IMG/VR virus record: IMGVR_UViG_3300037484_000404
Coordinates: 1-32,271 of that record
DNA from: a virus
Lineage: Duplodnaviria; Caudoviricetes
Reading direction: 5' to 3' (one strand)
DNA length: 32,271 nucleotides
Made by a program: the position numbers and the translations under genes. Every line of letters starts with the position of its first letter. Position 1 is the first letter of the stretch. Under the pieces are notes generated by a model that ran no database searches, was not told where the DNA came from, and saw only the letters and a list, made by a program, of their open reading frames with translations. Positions 9,215 through 17,107 of this stretch are shown here, in pieces.

Positions 9215-10908
9215 GGGGCAGTCGCCACCGCGTCCCTTACCGCTCGAGCGATCTCGGCCTTGAGACTCTCGACGGCCCGGATGAGTCGTTCCTGTCCGGC
9301 GGCCATGATCCTGTTCTGTTCTCGTGTCTGTTGCGCGACCGCCACCGGGATCTGCGTTGCCATCGCACCGGCAGATGCCTGAGCAGCACTTGAGGCCGCC
9401 TGGACGGCAATACCAGCGGCAGCAGCCACCGCATTCGCAACAGAGGCAGCCGATCCACCGCCACCGCCGGAGGTCCCGTATCCTCCACCGCTGCCCCCGC
9501 CCGTTACCTTCGCACCGCCAGTACCCAGGTAGTAGCCAGCGCCGGCGGAATAGCTCAGGCTGCGCAGATACTCATCGGCTGTGTATTGGGAGGACGTGAA
9601 GCCCCCACTTTCGACCTCGCCCCCGAGCGCCATTGGCTTCGGCCGCCCGACGGCCCCGGATCGCTTCATGGCTTCCCACTGGTCGTGGGGAATGACCTGC
9701 CATCCGCTCCTTGTCCGGATGACCCCCTCCGTCCCTCGCTCGCCAACCTCCGCAGAGTTCCCACCCATGCCAAGGGGGCCACCGCCAGCTTGCTGTGCAC
9801 CACCGCCACCCTCATCCGTCGTCCTCGTCGTGCCGCTGGCGCTCTCGTGCCCGCCGCCGGTGTAGAGAGTCAGGAAGGTGGCCATGTCCAGCTTGCCGGT
9901 AAGGACGTGAAAGGCAACCGAGAGACTCACCCCGTACTTCTTGGCGAACCTCACAATCTCCTTGTCGTCCACTTTCATGGAGAACATGATCCACTTGGTC
10001 GAGGGAACATTCCTGATGGAAGCTCCCAGATCCTCCGCCTTGCCCTCGAGGCTGTCGACCTCTTCACCCGCGTCAGCCAGGACGGACCCAAAGCGCTGCC
10101 ACATGCCCTCTTGGTCGACCTGCTGCGCGGCAATCATTTCGTTAACCGCGGCCAGTCGCTCCTCCGCCTGCACCCTCTCCTCCGACGACTGGGCGTTGGC
10201 GATGGCAATCTCGCCAAGCAGGCGCGTCTGATACTCCAAGGACCTGTTCGTCGTGTCCATCGCCGGCACGAGCTCGAATATGCTCTTGGCGACGTAGTGC
10301 CCGATCTGTAGAGTGGCGCCCTCCCACGCGTCGCTGACCATGTCGATCTTGTCGCGCAGCTTGCGGGCCGTCTCGACTTGGCCGCTCGTCACCTTCTGCC
10401 CCGCGTTCATGTTTTCGACGTAAGCGCGCAGCTCGCCATTCGACAGCTGGAAGATCTTGAAGAGCTCGCCCCCGCTGCGGCCCAACATGGTCTGGGCCAG
10501 CGCCAGGCGCTCGGCGGGGTCCTTGGTCTCATCCAGCCTAGCCTTGACCTGGATCAGCCCCTCAATCGTGGGCGGGATCCCCTCTCGAGCCATGCCCCGG
10601 AAGGCCATGTCGAGAGCGGACAGGGGGATGTTGAGATCATTGGCGATCTCCCGCAGACCCGATGCCTCCTCCGTGGTGGTGTGCAGCTTGTCGGCCAGGT
10701 CGCCGACCTCAAGAGTGCGCTGGTGCCAGGTTCGGAAGCTGTCCGCCACGAACCCGGCCGCGGTTCCGATGGCGGTCACGGCAAGAGTCGTCAGACCGGC
10801 CTGGGTGACGATCTGCTTGAAGCTGCCCAACGCCCCCTGTGCACCGCGCTTGAACTGCGTGTCCTGCAGTCCAAGCTCGGCAAATAGGGAGGCGACCTTA
10901 GTGCTAAT
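9211..10908 (-). CDS. Tape measure protein (probable ATT start at 10908)
   Basis: N-terminal STKVASLFAELG, helical Ala/Leu-rich body, AGGG...VGERGTE motif; downstream of the tail chaperone genes. Confidence 0.8.
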   Translation of the reverse strand: MSTKVASLFAELGLQDTQFKRGAQGALGSFKQIVTQAGLTTLAVTAIGTAAGFVADSFRTWHQRTLEVGDLADKLHTTTEEASGLREIANDLNIPLSALDMAFRGMAREGIPPTIEGLIQVKARLDETKDPAERLALAQTMLGRSGGELFKIFQLSNGELRAYVENMNAGQKVTSGQVETARKLRDKIDMVSDAWEGATLQIGHYVAKSIFELVPAMDTTNRSLEYQTRLLGEIAIANAQSSEERVQAEERLAAVNEMIAAQQVDQEGMWQRFGSVLADAGEEVDSLEGKAEDLGASIRNVPSTKWIMFSMKVDDKEIVRFAKKYGVSLSVAFHVLTGKLDMATFLTLYTGGGHESASGTTRTTDEGGGGAQQAGGGPLGMGGNSAEVGERGTEGVIRTRSGWQVIPHDQWEAMKRSGAVGRPKPMALGGEVESGGFTSSQYTADEYLRSLSYSAGAGYYLGTGGAKVTGGGSGGGYGTSGGGGGSAASVANAVAAAAGIAVQAASSAAQASAGAMATQIPVAVAQQTREQNRIMAAGQERLIRAVESLKAEIARAVRDAVATAP

Positions 10909-11539
10909 TGCACACCTCCATACAAAGCCGGCACGCCGGATTGGAGATGCCGCGATTGACGTGCCAACGGAGATGAGCACGCATCGGGCCGCCCTTCATT
11001 CCGCCCTTCCTGCCCACTGCGCTAGCCTCGTCGGGAGTTCTACGTGCGTTCGCTGCCAAGGCACCTAGACGAGCGTATTCGGCAATTGCGAAGGGGCCCT
11101 CATGTTTTGCCGCCTGCGCCAAGCCGATATTTCGGCGGATCTCCTTGGGAGTGTTCTTGCCGCCCCGCCTATTGTCCTCTAGAGAAAAGGCGTTGCCGTG
11201 GCGAAGGTATCTCGTTATGCCTCCCCTGCGACATCCGTCGTATGTGACAACGTATGGAAAATTCCAGAGGGCAAGACCAAAGGCCCGCATCAGGCGCATT
11301 GTGTGTCCCTCTGGACTGGCCCCGGGGCCGTTCCAGTAACGCAGGATGCGGCCCCTCAAGTCCTTGAGGCGGAGGCCATGCTTCTCTGCCGCCTTTCTTG
11401 TCGTAGGCACGCACCCGCTTTGGTGGGCCTGAAGCCTCTCTGGATACCGCGAGGCAACAGACGAGCCGACATAGAGGATCACGCGCGGCCGCGAGGCCAG
11501 ATACAGACCATAGATGACGTGAGACTGGCTCCTCTTCAT
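10904..11539 (-). CDS. GIY-YIG-like homing endonuclease
   Basis: VIYGL...LYVGSS...RLQAH at the N-terminus; basic Gly-rich tail ending HLRWH...CRLC; interrupts the chaperone-TMP adjacency. Confidence 0.65.
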   Translation of the reverse strand: MKRSQSHVIYGLYLASRPRVILYVGSSVASRYPERLQAHQSGCVPTTRKAAEKHGLRLKDLRGRILRYWNGPGASPEGHTMRLMRAFGLALWNFPYVVTYDGCRRGGITRYLRHGNAFSLEDNRRGGKNTPKEIRRNIGLAQAAKHEGPFAIAEYARLGALAANARRTPDEASAVGRKGGMKGGPMRAHLRWHVNRGISNPACRLCMEVCN

Positions 11540-11736
11540 CGTTTCCTCAGAATCGAACTGGACGCCGCCTCTTTGCCGGTCTGCACCTGAAGGAACTCAT
11601 GCAGGTTGTCCAGCGACATCCCGTCTACATATTCGAGCGACCAACCAAACCGTTCTGCCAAATTCCACCGCGAGTATTCCGTTGGTTGCGCGTCTCCAAA
11701 CACTAAGTGCTCGTAGACGCGCCTTGCGACAAAGGG
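11536..11736 (-). CDS. Tail assembly chaperone frameshift extension (gpGT-like C-terminal part)
   Basis: The -1 frame after CCCTTTG reads PFVARRVYEHLVFGDAQPTEYSRWNLAERFGWSLEYVDGMSLDNLHEFLQVQTGKEAASSSILRKR*. It is missing from the ORF track. Confidence 0.75.
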   Translation of the reverse strand, partial: PFVARRVYEHLVFGDAQPTEYSRWNLAERFGWSLEYVDGMSLDNLHEFLQVQTGKEAASSSILRKR

Positions 11737-11963
11737 CGGGAGGACTCCGGGTTCCTAATGCGCTCAAAGAGCTCTCCCGACAACGCGCGGAAGTCCGTGT
11801 ATGGCAGGCCGGTCATCTCGGCCGGGTCCAGTCCGAATACCCGGGCGACGATGGCATCGCCCTCGGCATCCGCCTGCTCTGGGTTCAGCATGGCTCGGAA
11901 CTCGCCGATGGTCATCCGACTGAGATCGGCCTCGACCTCGCGCCCGTCCTTTAGTTTGACCAC
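11703..11963 (-). CDS. Tail assembly chaperone (gpG-like)
   Basis: Small acidic ORF after the tail tube gene, with a slippery site near its 3' end. Confidence 0.75.
   Translation of the reverse strand: MVKLKDGREVEADLSRMTIGEFRAMLNPEQADAEGDAIVARVFGLDPAEMTGLPYTDFRALSGELFERIRNPESSRPLSQGASTST
11730..11736 (-). promoter_or_regulatory. -1 ribosomal frameshift slippery heptamer C CCT TTG
   Basis: X XXY YYZ pattern in the correct phase near the end of the chaperone ORF. Confidence 0.75.
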
Positions 11964-11984
11964 GTCGCCCCTCCGTCAGTCGGC

Positions 11985-12386
11985 CTAATAGACGCCGCGG
12001 GTCAGCGCCCCGTCCTTCTGGAAATCGACCGTCATCTCGACCACGTTGTCGAAGGGGAAGTTCATCTTCGGCCCCATTGAGATGGCCGGGATGGTGTACT
12101 TGCGCTTCCCGGTCGCCGTGCCCTCGGGCCCGACAATGAGCGTTCCCGACTTGCCCTCGATCAGGGCATCCTCGAGCGCGGTGCCACCAGCTTGGACGAC
12201 GCCCGCCCAGTTGACCGTGGCATCCTTGACGGTGACGAGATAGCCTTCGTCCGCGTCGCTGCCGGCAGTCCGCTTGGCCAACCCGATCGTTGGCGTGACC
12301 GAGACGGTCCTGTGGTCCCCGGTGAGTGTGGCCGTGCCGCCTGAGTGGATCCAGGTGCAGACAAGTGCCGATCCGCTGAATTCCAT
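11985..12386 (-). CDS. Major tail (tube) protein
   Basis: 133 aa, beta-rich; LIVGPEGTATGKRKYT and FPFDNVVEMTVDFQ; synteny. Confidence 0.8.
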   Translation of the reverse strand: MEFSGSALVCTWIHSGGTATLTGDHRTVSVTPTIGLAKRTAGSDADEGYLVTVKDATVNWAGVVQAGGTALEDALIEGKSGTLIVGPEGTATGKRKYTIPAISMGPKMNFPFDNVVEMTVDFQKDGALTRGVY

Positions 12387-12408
12387 CCTCTAACCCTCCC
12401 GCCAGCTC

Positions 12409-12834
12409 TCAGCTGGCGTCCAGCCGAACGCGGTACATTGCGCCGGCCATCCATGTAGGGACCCTGGCCGAGTCGAACTCCACCAGCTCAAAGTCCTCTT
12501 CTCGCGCAAGCCAGAAGTTGCCCCACCCCGAAACCGTCATGGGCTTCATGTGGAGCAAGACATCGATCTGCGCGTCGATGCTCCCCGCTTTCGCTGGCCC
12601 CGTCGAGGAGTACCCTCGGGCGAAGACCAGCAGGTTCTTTGTTCGGTTCCCAGTCAGGTTTTCATCGCCACCTCCCTGATGGCTGAAGACAACATAGTCC
12701 AGGGCTGAATCCTTGGGCGCTTGGAGGTGGTACACGCTTGGGGATGCCGTGCCTCCAGCAAGCATCGACGTCAGCGCCGTCCCGCCCGCCAGCCGTGAAT
12801 TCAGCGCGGTCCATAGTGCGTTGAACGCGCTCAC
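12409..12834 (-). CDS. Tail completion/terminator protein (DUF3168-like)
   Basis: ALNSRL...VYHLQAP...YVVF pattern; position before the tail tube gene. Confidence 0.7.
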   Translation of the reverse strand: MSAFNALWTALNSRLAGGTALTSMLAGGTASPSVYHLQAPKDSALDYVVFSHQGGGDENLTGNRTKNLLVFARGYSSTGPAKAGSIDAQIDVLLHMKPMTVSGWGNFWLAREEDFELVEFDSARVPTWMAGAMYRVRLDAS

Positions 12835-13172
12835 AATCGACCGAGCCTTTCGATCGCCTTCCCGATTTCGTCGGCGAGCTGCTTGACCCGCTTCTCAAAG
12901 GCCGGCACGAGAAATGGGTGGGCGGCCATGCGACTCGTTCCTAGCTCCTGGAAGACGCCGTACTCCACGCCGTCCTGAATGACCCACCGGACTGGGCTCT
13001 TGCTCTTCCGCTCCGCATTGAGGCTCGCCCGAAGAGCGCCGGTTTCGACAGGTGCCAGCTTCTTGGCATCGCCCTCGATCTCGAAGGCCTTCTTGCCGAT
13101 GATCTCGTCGAGAGTCTTCCCGCTATCCTGGGCGAGACGCTGGAGGCCAGCCATGTTGATGACCGTGGCCAT
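12831..13172 (-). CDS. HK97 gp10-family neck protein
   Basis: APVETGALRAS, YGVFQELGTSRMAAHPFLVPA. Confidence 0.9.
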   Translation of the reverse strand: MATVINMAGLQRLAQDSGKTLDEIIGKKAFEIEGDAKKLAPVETGALRASLNAERKSKSPVRWVIQDGVEYGVFQELGTSRMAAHPFLVPAFEKRVKQLADEIGKAIERLGRL

Positions 13173-13549
13173 CACACTCTCTCCAGGCTCGCCCGCAGGC
13201 TGAGCGGCCAGCTACCGTCATCGTTCACCGACAGCACGTTGTAGGTCTCCCCACCGTGTTCCACTCGGTGATCGGTAGTCAATGCAACGTCGTGGGCCAC
13301 CGTGAGGACCCAGCCCGAGTAGTCCCTTTGCGCGGCCGCCACCGGCGACCGGCCCCCGCCCTTGCTGTCCAGCCGGCATGGGACTGCGGTCCCGCCAGTA
13401 GCCGTGCCCCAGGCCTCCGTGAAGCCGCCTTGGCCATCCGCTGTCCTCGTGACCTGGAGAATGCTGCAGGTATCCGGCAGTGCCACCGCCTCGATCTCGG
13501 CGCGCATCCCGGTCAACTCTGAGGAGGTAGGCCCGCTTCCGATGCTCAT
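13172..13549 (-). CDS. Head closure/stopper protein (SPP1 gp16-like)
   Basis: TADGQGGFTEAW, DHRVEHGGETYNVLSV. Confidence 0.8.
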   Translation of the reverse strand: MSIGSGPTSSELTGMRAEIEAVALPDTCSILQVTRTADGQGGFTEAWGTATGGTAVPCRLDSKGGGRSPVAAAQRDYSGWVLTVAHDVALTTDHRVEHGGETYNVLSVNDDGSWPLSLRASLERV

Positions 13550-14133
13550 GCGTCCATGTCCGATCGGCGAACCTGCAGCACACCCAGATCGGCCTCCTGG
13601 CTGTCGTAGTAGTTGGCCATCTTTAGGCAGTGGTCGTGGAACTGACTGCGCTGGAAAGAGTGGCCATCGGTCGAGAAGGAGTAAGCCTTCGCAGCGTTTC
13701 CGGCCTTGCGCCTCCAGACCTCGGCCGCCGAGGCGTTGATCTTGAAGTACCGGCCGGTCAGGTAGTAGGCCGTTCCCTTCTGGTCAGCGCCGAACGTCAC
13801 GATCCCACGCTGATAGTCGACGCTGTAGGAGGCTGTTCCTACAACGGAGCCGTCGCTCGTTTCGACAATGAAGATGGTCGACCCACCCGTCGTCTTCTCC
13901 CACCAGCGGCCCTTTTCGGATCGGTACTCCTTGTAGACGACTGACCCCCCGCCCGTCTGATCTGCGATGGCATTCAGGGGCAGACGAAAGATGTCGACCC
14001 GGTAATCGTCTAACACAACCTGCAGCTGGTTGTCGTCCCAGAAGTTGGCCGTGCCGATGGCGTAGTCGGCCGTGCCTGCGTCGACCATCGAGCGGATGTT
14101 GAGAAGGATGTCTGCGAGTCCGGTTCTAGCCAT
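13546..14133 (-). CDS. Head-tail connector/adaptor protein
   Basis: Start MARTGLAD; AAEVWRRKA...FSTDGHSFQRSQ; directly upstream of the stopper gene. Confidence 0.7.
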   Translation of the reverse strand: MARTGLADILLNIRSMVDAGTADYAIGTANFWDDNQLQVVLDDYRVDIFRLPLNAIADQTGGGSVVYKEYRSEKGRWWEKTTGGSTIFIVETSDGSVVGTASYSVDYQRGIVTFGADQKGTAYYLTGRYFKINASAAEVWRRKAGNAAKAYSFSTDGHSFQRSQFHDHCLKMANYYDSQEADLGVLQVRRSDMDA

Positions 14134-14134
14134 G

Positions 14135-14914
14135 TCAGATCCTCGAAGCCTCAAGCCAGGCTTCTTGGCCTTTCACTTCCATCCACGGCTGCCGTGGGCC
14201 ATTGTGGGCGCCGCAAACCGTGCAACCGGCGAGCGGCTCATCAGTCGTCAGGAAGGCGCGCAGAGTTTCCTCGGTGATGCCATCCAGCGGGAGGCCATCG
14301 TGGCCGACGTCGAGTCCCAGCACGAGGGGCGCAATGAATGGCGAGGTGCAGCACTTGTAGAAGCGGCCCCCGTCGACAACGTGCGTGTAAGTGCGGAACC
14401 AACACTGGGCATACTGAGCCCGGGTCCCGGCTTCACCCTTCGGCTGTCGATAGAGCAAGGCCGTGAAGTAGCTGTCGGTCCGAGCGTCCTTCAACTCGAA
14501 TGCCGTTTCCGTATCCTCGCAGGCGGCGCGGATCCAAGCCACATCGGCGTCAGTCATCTTGCCGGGGTATGCGCTGAGGACCAGCTTGTCGATAAGCATC
14601 CAGAAGCCGGGTGGCTGCTTCCTCACTAGGAGGCCGTTCGTCCAGACCTCGATCACGTCGGCGATTCCACTGGCGCTCGCCTCGCCAAGGAGATCGAGCA
14701 GATCCGGATGCAGCAGCGGCTCTCCGCCGATAGCCGCCCAGGCTCTCGAGTGGGCCACGCGCCCAAGTCTCTCAAGGTCATGCGCCAGAGCTTTGGGGGT
14801 GATGTCGGGCAGGCCCTTGTGCGCATCAAGCCCCACGAAATGGTTGCAGCCGCGGCACCGCAGCTGGCAGCGAAGGGTGAGGTTCGTCTCGAGGTGGGGC
14901 AGCATGACAGTCAT
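14135..14914 (-). CDS. Radical SAM enzyme with C-terminal Cys cluster (Twitch/SPASM-like)
   Basis: CQLRCRGC (CxxxCxxC), GGEPLLHP, WTNG, C-terminal C...GRFYKCC...CTVC. Confidence 0.9.
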   Translation of the reverse strand: MTVMLPHLETNLTLRCQLRCRGCNHFVGLDAHKGLPDITPKALAHDLERLGRVAHSRAWAAIGGEPLLHPDLLDLLGEASASGIADVIEVWTNGLLVRKQPPGFWMLIDKLVLSAYPGKMTDADVAWIRAACEDTETAFELKDARTDSYFTALLYRQPKGEAGTRAQYAQCWFRTYTHVVDGGRFYKCCTSPFIAPLVLGLDVGHDGLPLDGITEETLRAFLTTDEPLAGCTVCGAHNGPRQPWMEVKGQEAWLEASRI

Positions 14915-15441
14915 GGCTTGCGAAACACCCTCATGGTCCCCACTGTCTCGACGAGTTCGGGATAGCCGGCCGCCACGAGCTCGTCCACGAACCGAATGGC
15001 CCCCGGATGACCGATGAAACCCGGGCGGCCACTGTTCAACGCGTCGTGGAATGCCATGTGCCCGCCCGACTCAAGTTTCGGGAACCAATCCAGGTAGTCC
15101 TCGCCGATCGCCTCGTACCTGTGATCGCCATCGACGAAGATGAAATCGAGAGGCAGGGACCAGGCCTGCGACGTCGGGTGGCTGGAGGCCCGCCAGAAGG
15201 AAAAGCGTGGGTAGAACGCTGTCTCTGCCCGGATGGCCGACTCGTTCCCGATGTCTCCATAGCCGTCGGCGATGATCGGATCGATGCCGTAGACAGGCGC
15301 ACCGTTCCCGCCAGCCGCGGCCCGACAAAGCTCGGCGGTCGTGCCGCCCATGTAGCAGCCGATCTCAAGCACGCCTAGCGTCGCCTCCGAGGCGTACCTC
15401 CGAAGCACTGCAACCTCTTCGTCCAGCGTCTTGCGGGTCAC
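14911..15441 (-). CDS. Class I SAM-dependent methyltransferase (Methyltransf_24-like)
   Basis: LEIGCYMGGTT, YGID, DFIFVDGDHRYE, GGHMAFHD. Confidence 0.9.
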   Translation of the reverse strand: MTRKTLDEEVAVLRRYASEATLGVLEIGCYMGGTTAELCRAAAGGNGAPVYGIDPIIADGYGDIGNESAIRAETAFYPRFSFWRASSHPTSQAWSLPLDFIFVDGDHRYEAIGEDYLDWFPKLESGGHMAFHDALNSGRPGFIGHPGAIRFVDELVAAGYPELVETVGTMRVFRKP

Positions 15442-16142
15442 AGCGCCACCACCCTGGCCAGTAGCGATGAAGGCACCTGAGGCTCGTAGTAAATCACTTG
15501 CGATTCATCGGCAACCATAGGATTCTGCGCGCCGTAGTAAACCTCCGGCAGATTGAAGGCAACAAAATGTGGCCCGACCCCAGCGCCGGGGCGTACAGTC
15601 TCATAGCGTCGGGCGATCTCAAGCCTCGCCGCCCGATCCCGAACAAGGAACTTGTGGTGCTCAATCCCGACGGGGGCGATCCTGCCCGTCCCGAAGGGCG
15701 AACCATCATGAACGTTCTTGCGCCCGCCAGCTTTCTCCCGCGTGGACAGTCGCGTCTGAAGATCCGGATACAGGGGATCGGCCTTTATGAAGTGTTCCTC
15801 ATCTCCCCAGAGATTGAGCCTCGGGAAAGCCCACAGAGGTTCCGTCGCCCATTCGCCCGTCCGCAGCCAGGCAACCATCGCCGGCGTCATGCGCTCGTCG
15901 TCGTCCAGGCGCAGGATGAACTGGGCCTGGCAGTGGTCGATCGCCTCGTCAAGGACGCTCTCGATCGTTCCGTCGGTGGCCACCTGGTGGCGCCGCACCC
16001 AGGGGGCCGTTTCCACGGAAACGAGGCCATCGAAACAGACCGCCATGCCAGCCCCCAGAACCAGCGCAGCGTCCTCCATCGCCTGGATGAACCGCTCGGC
16101 GTGTTCCTCGCCCTTCGTGACGCAGAGGATGTCGAGGCTCAC
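15438..16142 (-). CDS. Glycosyltransferase, GT-A fold (GT2-like)
   Basis: ILCVTKGEE, FILRLDDDE (DxD), FPRLN, YPDLQTRL, VH. Confidence 0.8.
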   Translation of the reverse strand: MSLDILCVTKGEEHAERFIQAMEDAALVLGAGMAVCFDGLVSVETAPWVRRHQVATDGTIESVLDEAIDHCQAQFILRLDDDERMTPAMVAWLRTGEWATEPLWAFPRLNLWGDEEHFIKADPLYPDLQTRLSTREKAGGRKNVHDGSPFGTGRIAPVGIEHHKFLVRDRAARLEIARRYETVRPGAGVGPHFVAFNLPEVYYGAQNPMVADESQVIYYEPQVPSSLLARVVAL

Positions 16143-16849
16143 AGTTGCACCAATGGGAAGACGGTCAGGGCCGTCCCGGGCGTACCGTTGCGCACGGTCA
16201 CGCCGGCGGCCGACAGGACCCTCTCGGCCGATCGGTAGGAGATCTCCATGCGGTCGACCATCGGATCGTGGAACCAGCGCCCGGGGCCGAAGTAGTCGGG
16301 GTTGAAGTGGTTGGGATCAGGCCCCCGAGAGACAAAGATCCCGCCGGGCGTTGCCTCGGCCGTCTCGGGGATCGTGTAGCGGTGATCCAAGCCGAGAAGA
16401 AGGATCTCCCGGAAGCCCATGAGGAAGGCTATCTGCAGAAGTGCGTAGGTCACCGTCCCGCCGCCGTACAGCTTGTCGGGCTCACTCGGGTCCCAGAACT
16501 CCGGGACATCGGATCCGCTTCCCTCGAACGCTTTGTCGTATGCGAGCCAGACGACGCGAGGCTTCACATCCGGCGGGTAGAAGGAAGTCCATCGCTCGTC
16601 AAGGATGAGTTGGGTCTTGCCCGATATCCCTGCCAACTCGTCTCGACAATCTCTCTCCACGAGGTAGTCGCAAACGGCCAGGTAGTCGGGAAGGATTCCG
16701 CCGTCCATGTAGACTCGGTTCGATCCCAGAACCACGGCGCTCTTGCGCAGGCGCGCAACGACATTCAGGCTGCCGGATAGCGAAGGTCCGTTGCCCAGGA
16801 TGATGCAGCTCTCGCCGGCATGGGTACCGATCAGATCTCGCGGTCTCAC
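16139..16849 (-). CDS. Maf/DUF115 (MptE-like) family protein, putative nonulosonate/sugar transferase
   Basis: CIILGNGPSL, GSNR, PDYL, GGTVTYALLQIAFLMGFREILLLGLDH. Confidence 0.75.
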   Translation of the reverse strand: MRPRDLIGTHAGESCIILGNGPSLSGSLNVVARLRKSAVVLGSNRVYMDGGILPDYLAVCDYLVERDCRDELAGISGKTQLILDERWTSFYPPDVKPRVVWLAYDKAFEGSGSDVPEFWDPSEPDKLYGGGTVTYALLQIAFLMGFREILLLGLDHRYTIPETAEATPGGIFVSRGPDPNHFNPDYFGPGRWFHDPMVDRMEISYRSAERVLSAAGVTVRNGTPGTALTVFPLVQL

Positions 16850-16885
16850 TTGTGCTCCACGTTGACGTTCAGGGCAGAGGCATGC

Positions 16886-17107
16886 TTACGAGCGGCGGCC
16901 GCGTCGGGGTGTCGCTTCAGGTTCATCCACCGCCGCCCCCGCTTCACCTGCACCCATCTGCCGACGGATCGGTACGGCATCAGAGCTCTCCGACCTGGCC
17001 AACTGCGCCCGCAGGAACAAGATCTCCGTTCGGGCCGCGTTCTCCCGAGGCGACTTCGACACGTTCGGGTCGATCAGCTCCGCGATCAAGTCCTCGTGAA
17101 GTCCCAT
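16886..17107 (-). CDS. Small protein overlapping the GT4 3' end
   Basis: GGAGG SD upstream; helical N-terminus; basic PRRGRRS tail. Confidence 0.5.
   Translation of the reverse strand: MGLHEDLIAELIDPNVSKSPRENAARTEILFLRAQLARSESSDAVPIRRQMGAGEAGAAVDEPEATPRRGRRS

Noticed and set aside
10909-10980. Tape measure start at 10980 as given in the ORF track
   Set aside because: It lies inside the endonuclease gene without a clear SD; the strong SD points to ATT at 10908.
10904-11539. Group I intron around the endonuclease
   Set aside because: There is no non-coding flank to hold a ribozyme core, because the ORF overlaps both neighbours.
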